Positions 61,580 to 64,000 of a stretch of DNA of 64,000 nucleotides are shown here, piece by piece (position 1 is the stretch's first letter; each line of letters starts with the position of its first letter). The DNA comes from an uncultured Rhodospirillaceae bacterium (GTDB taxonomy: Bacteria > Pseudomonadota > Alphaproteobacteria > GCA-2731375). Location: NCBI GenBank assembly GCA_964631725.1, contig CAZVYX010000003.1, positions 19,209 to 83,208 on the forward strand, written 5' to 3'. The notes beneath the pieces are model-generated. The model was not told the origin of the DNA and did not search any database. It was given only the letters and a program-made list of their open reading frames with translations. Made by a program: the position numbers and the translations under genes.

Positions 61580-61851
61580 TGGTTAATCAATTCTAACCAT
61601 GGTGGCAAAAATCGACCAAAGTGTGATGGCCGTCAATGTTTCGCTAAGTCTTTGGGTGCTAGGTTCTTGTTCAAGGCGCGGATCGGTGCCTGAGGCCTCT
61701 GGTGAGAGTGGCCACCCCCGTTACCCTTCCTCCGGCGCAGATGGCGGTGGTCTAGAGGTTGCAGGTTCGATCCGCGCCCCCAATCACACCTTTGCCGCAC
61801 GCTATTTCAGTAAATGCCAACGATTTCGCCCGAATGGGCGCAATTCGGCCG

Positions 61852-62247
61852 CTAAAGCAGATCAACACCGGCGCGCGCGCAATCTTCGTCTTCCTGCCCG
61901 GTACCGCCGCCGACACCGCAGGCGCCTTCGACAATGCCATTTCGAATGATCGGTACCGCCCCCTGCCCCATGATCATGTGGCCTCCTTCGGCGGCAACGA
62001 TTCCACGGAATGTGGGATGGTCGGCCCGTTCGGTAAGCTCGCCGCTGGGACGGCCAAACGAGGCCGAGGCGACCGCCTTGCCCTGGCTGCCATAGGCGCC
62101 GGCCCACATGGCGTTATCCATGCGCTGGAATGCCATCAATCGGCCGCCGGTATCGCATACGGCAACGTTGATCCTGATGTTGAGTTCTTCCGCCTTGGCC
62201 AAGGCGCCTTGCGCGATGCGATTGGCCTCTTCCAGGGTCAGCGCCAT
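61852..62247 (-). CDS. GlcG/HbpS-like heme-binding protein (DUF336)
   Basis: 131 aa, MALTLEEANRIAQGALAKAEELNIRINVAVCDTGGRLMAFQRMD... Confidence 0.65.
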   Translation of the reverse strand: MALTLEEANRIAQGALAKAEELNIRINVAVCDTGGRLMAFQRMDNAMWAGAYGSQGKAVASASFGRPSGELTERADHPTFRGIVAAEGGHMIMGQGAVPIIRNGIVEGACGVGGGTGQEDEDCARAGVDLL

Positions 62248-62368
62248 GGTCTGTCTCCTTCTTCCTCTGGATTTGTCGAAGCATTACAGATTGATCACGA
62301 CAACAGGTAGCAAGACTACTGGATGATGGTCATTGTCACTAGCGCCAAGGCAAGCGCCTACCGCCGGA

Positions 62369-63223
62369 TCATAGATCGGCGAACCCCAGGGACCGGCGCA
62401 GTTCCGCCGGGTCCCAGCCCTCCGCGCGCAATTGCGACAGACTGATAGCGCCCTGACGCTTGGCCAGACGGACGCCCTCATCGTCGCGCAGCAAACGGTG
62501 ATGGTCATATTCGGGGGTCGGCAGGTCCAACAAGGCCTGCAACAGCCGGTGCACATGACTGGCGGCGAATAAATCGGCGCCGCGCGTGACGTGGGTTACG
62601 CCCTGCAGGGCATCATCCACGGACACCGCGAGATGATAGGACGTGGGGGTGTCCTTGCGGGCCAGGACCACATCGCCGTGCAGGGCTGCTTGCAATGATT
62701 GTTGGCCTTTTTGCCGGTCGTGCCAGGATAGGCCGGGACCGACACGCGCCGCCGCCAGGCCGCTGTCCAGGCGGATGGCATAAGGCGCGCCGCCGGCCAT
62801 CCGCTCAGTGCAGGCCGCCTCGGACAGCCGCCGGCAGGTACCGGGGTAAAGCGCGCCGTCGGGGCCATGGGGCGCGGAAGGCGCGGCGGCAATTTCCGCC
62901 GCGATCTCCTTGCGGGTACAAAAACAGGGATAGGTCAGCTCCGCCGCCGCCAGGGTTTCCAACGCGGCGGCATAGTCATCCATATGTTCCGATTGCCGGC
63001 GTACCGGCTGTTCCCATTCCAGGCCCAGCCAGGCCAGATCCGCCAGCATGGCGGTCTCGTGCTCCGGCCGGCAGCGGCCTTGGTCAATATCCTCCACCCG
63101 CAACAAGAACCGCCCGCCCAAGACCCGGGCGGCGGCAAAGCTGTACAGGGCCGAAAAACCATTGCCCAAATGCAGGGGGCCGGTGGGACTGGGGGCAAAT
63201 CTTACGACGGCAGTCGGTGACAA
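62369..63223 (-). CDS. gluQ: glutamyl-Q tRNA(Asp) synthetase (truncated GluRS paralog)
   Basis: 284 aa, VVRFAPSPTGPLHLGN (HIGH-type motif). It has a class I catalytic core but no anticodon-binding domain. Confidence 0.75.
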   Translation of the reverse strand: MSPTAVVRFAPSPTGPLHLGNGFSALYSFAAARVLGGRFLLRVEDIDQGRCRPEHETAMLADLAWLGLEWEQPVRRQSEHMDDYAAALETLAAAELTYPCFCTRKEIAAEIAAAPSAPHGPDGALYPGTCRRLSEAACTERMAGGAPYAIRLDSGLAAARVGPGLSWHDRQKGQQSLQAALHGDVVLARKDTPTSYHLAVSVDDALQGVTHVTRGADLFAASHVHRLLQALLDLPTPEYDHHRLLRDDEGVRLAKRQGAISLSQLRAEGWDPAELRRSLGFADL

Positions 63224-63277
63224 GGGCGGGCCTATTGGGTTATCAGGGTGGCAACAAAATCTTGCAGGGAGAATAGC

Positions 63278-64000
63278 ATGTCGGATGGTACGATCACGGT
63301 CCTGGTTGCAGGTTCCGGTGTCATGGGGAAAGGCATTGCCAAATCATTCGCCGGGGCCGGTCTGAAAACGGCAATCTTGAGCCGCAACCCAGGCGCGGTC
63401 GGCGCTGTACAAGCGGGCGTGGAGGTCCTGGGCGATTTGCCCGCCGCAGCGCCGGAGTTGATCGTCGAGACCATTCCGGAGGTGATGGAGCTGAAGCAGG
63501 AGCTGAATGCCCGGATCGAGGCGGCCTACCAGGGCGAAAGCATCATCGCCTCCAACACCTCGTCCCTGCCCCTGCAAGCCTTGGCCGATGTCCTGCGCTA
63601 TCCGGCGAAATTCTGCGGCATGCACTATTTCCAACCGGCCGATGTCACGCCCATCGTCGAGGTGGCGGCAGTGGCGCAAAGCGATGGCGCCACCATCGAA
63701 CGGGCCGTGGCCGTGCTGCGCCAGGCCGGCAAGCAGCCTATCACCTTGTCCGAGCCGGTCGATGGCTTGCTGATCAACCGCCTGCAACAGGCCATCTATC
63801 ACGAGGCCTATAGCCTGATCGACCGGGGCATATGCAGCGCCGCGGACATTGACCTGGCCGCCAAGCAGTTGCTGGGCCCGCGCATGGCCGTCACCGGCAT
63901 GATCGAACAAAAGGATATTTCCGGCCTGGACACGCATGCCCTGGCACAGCGCGAATTGATCCCCACCCTGCATCTCAGCCGGGAGCCCAGCCCGGTTGTG
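63278..64000 (+). CDS. 3-hydroxyacyl-CoA dehydrogenase family protein (N-terminal part; continues beyond the window)
   Basis: AGGGAGAA RBS; MSDGTITVLVAGSGVMGKGIAKSFAGAG NAD-binding fold; ...NTSSLP...DGLLINRL. Confidence 0.7.
   Translation, partial: MSDGTITVLVAGSGVMGKGIAKSFAGAGLKTAILSRNPGAVGAVQAGVEVLGDLPAAAPELIVETIPEVMELKQELNARIEAAYQGESIIASNTSSLPLQALADVLRYPAKFCGMHYFQPADVTPIVEVAAVAQSDGATIERAVAVLRQAGKQPITLSEPVDGLLINRLQQAIYHEAYSLIDRGICSAADIDLAAKQLLGPRMAVTGMIEQKDISGLDTHALAQRELIPTLHLSREPSPVV

Noticed and set aside
61738-61812. Possible tRNA gene around the GGTTCGATCC T-loop consensus
   Set aside because: The 5-bp T-stem does not pair (gcagg / cgcgc), and no acceptor, D or anticodon arms can be built. 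It is reported only as a tRNA-like fragment or ncRNA candidate.
61344-61851. Two-piece (permuted) tmRNA, as is typical of alphaproteobacteria
   Set aside because: The only ANDN-like reading (gcc aac gat ttc gcc ...) has no in-frame stop or Ala-Ala tag end, and no acceptor stem with CCA follows the T-loop. I cannot support ssrA here without a covariance-model search.

Overview
This is a high-GC (roughly mid-60s % by eye) window that looks alphaproteobacterial, possibly Rhodospirillales-like. It is mostly chromosomal, densely packed, and coded on both strands. Core genes I can identify are a form-II CO-dehydrogenase-family cluster on the minus strand (coxG, then coxS-coxL-coxM-coxD), sthA, a bamD-recN-ligA block, uvrB, xthA, cspA, gluQ, and one tRNA-Ser(UGA). 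Accessory content includes a gentisate-type aromatic catabolic cluster (MarR, 2Fe-2S ferredoxin, gentisate 1,2-dioxygenase, FAH-family hydrolase) and a Cys-type sulfatase. There is also a split B12-dependent acyl-CoA mutase operon, a parDE toxin-antitoxin pair, a large GAF-PAS hybrid histidine kinase, and many oxidoreductases. Two genes look disrupted: a P450 with an in-frame TAG and an amidase with a frameshift. The most unusual stretch is about 50.4-59.6 kb. It holds a signal-peptide-bearing YqgE/AlgH protein, a 565-aa secreted coiled-coil protein, and a tandem array of four paralogous secreted TPR proteins. The first TPR protein carries a formylglycine-generating-enzyme (FGE)-sulfatase domain, and the array contains two near-identical ~460-bp direct DNA repeats. 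A two-gene membrane/soluble cassette of unknown function then sits next to tRNA-Ser. The best candidate for an undescribed system here is the secreted TPR/FGE array with its divergent secreted partner; the alternative is the tRNA-adjacent two-gene cassette. I found no CRISPR array, transposase, integrase or rRNA. All calls rest on reading the six-frame translations for motifs; no database search was possible.
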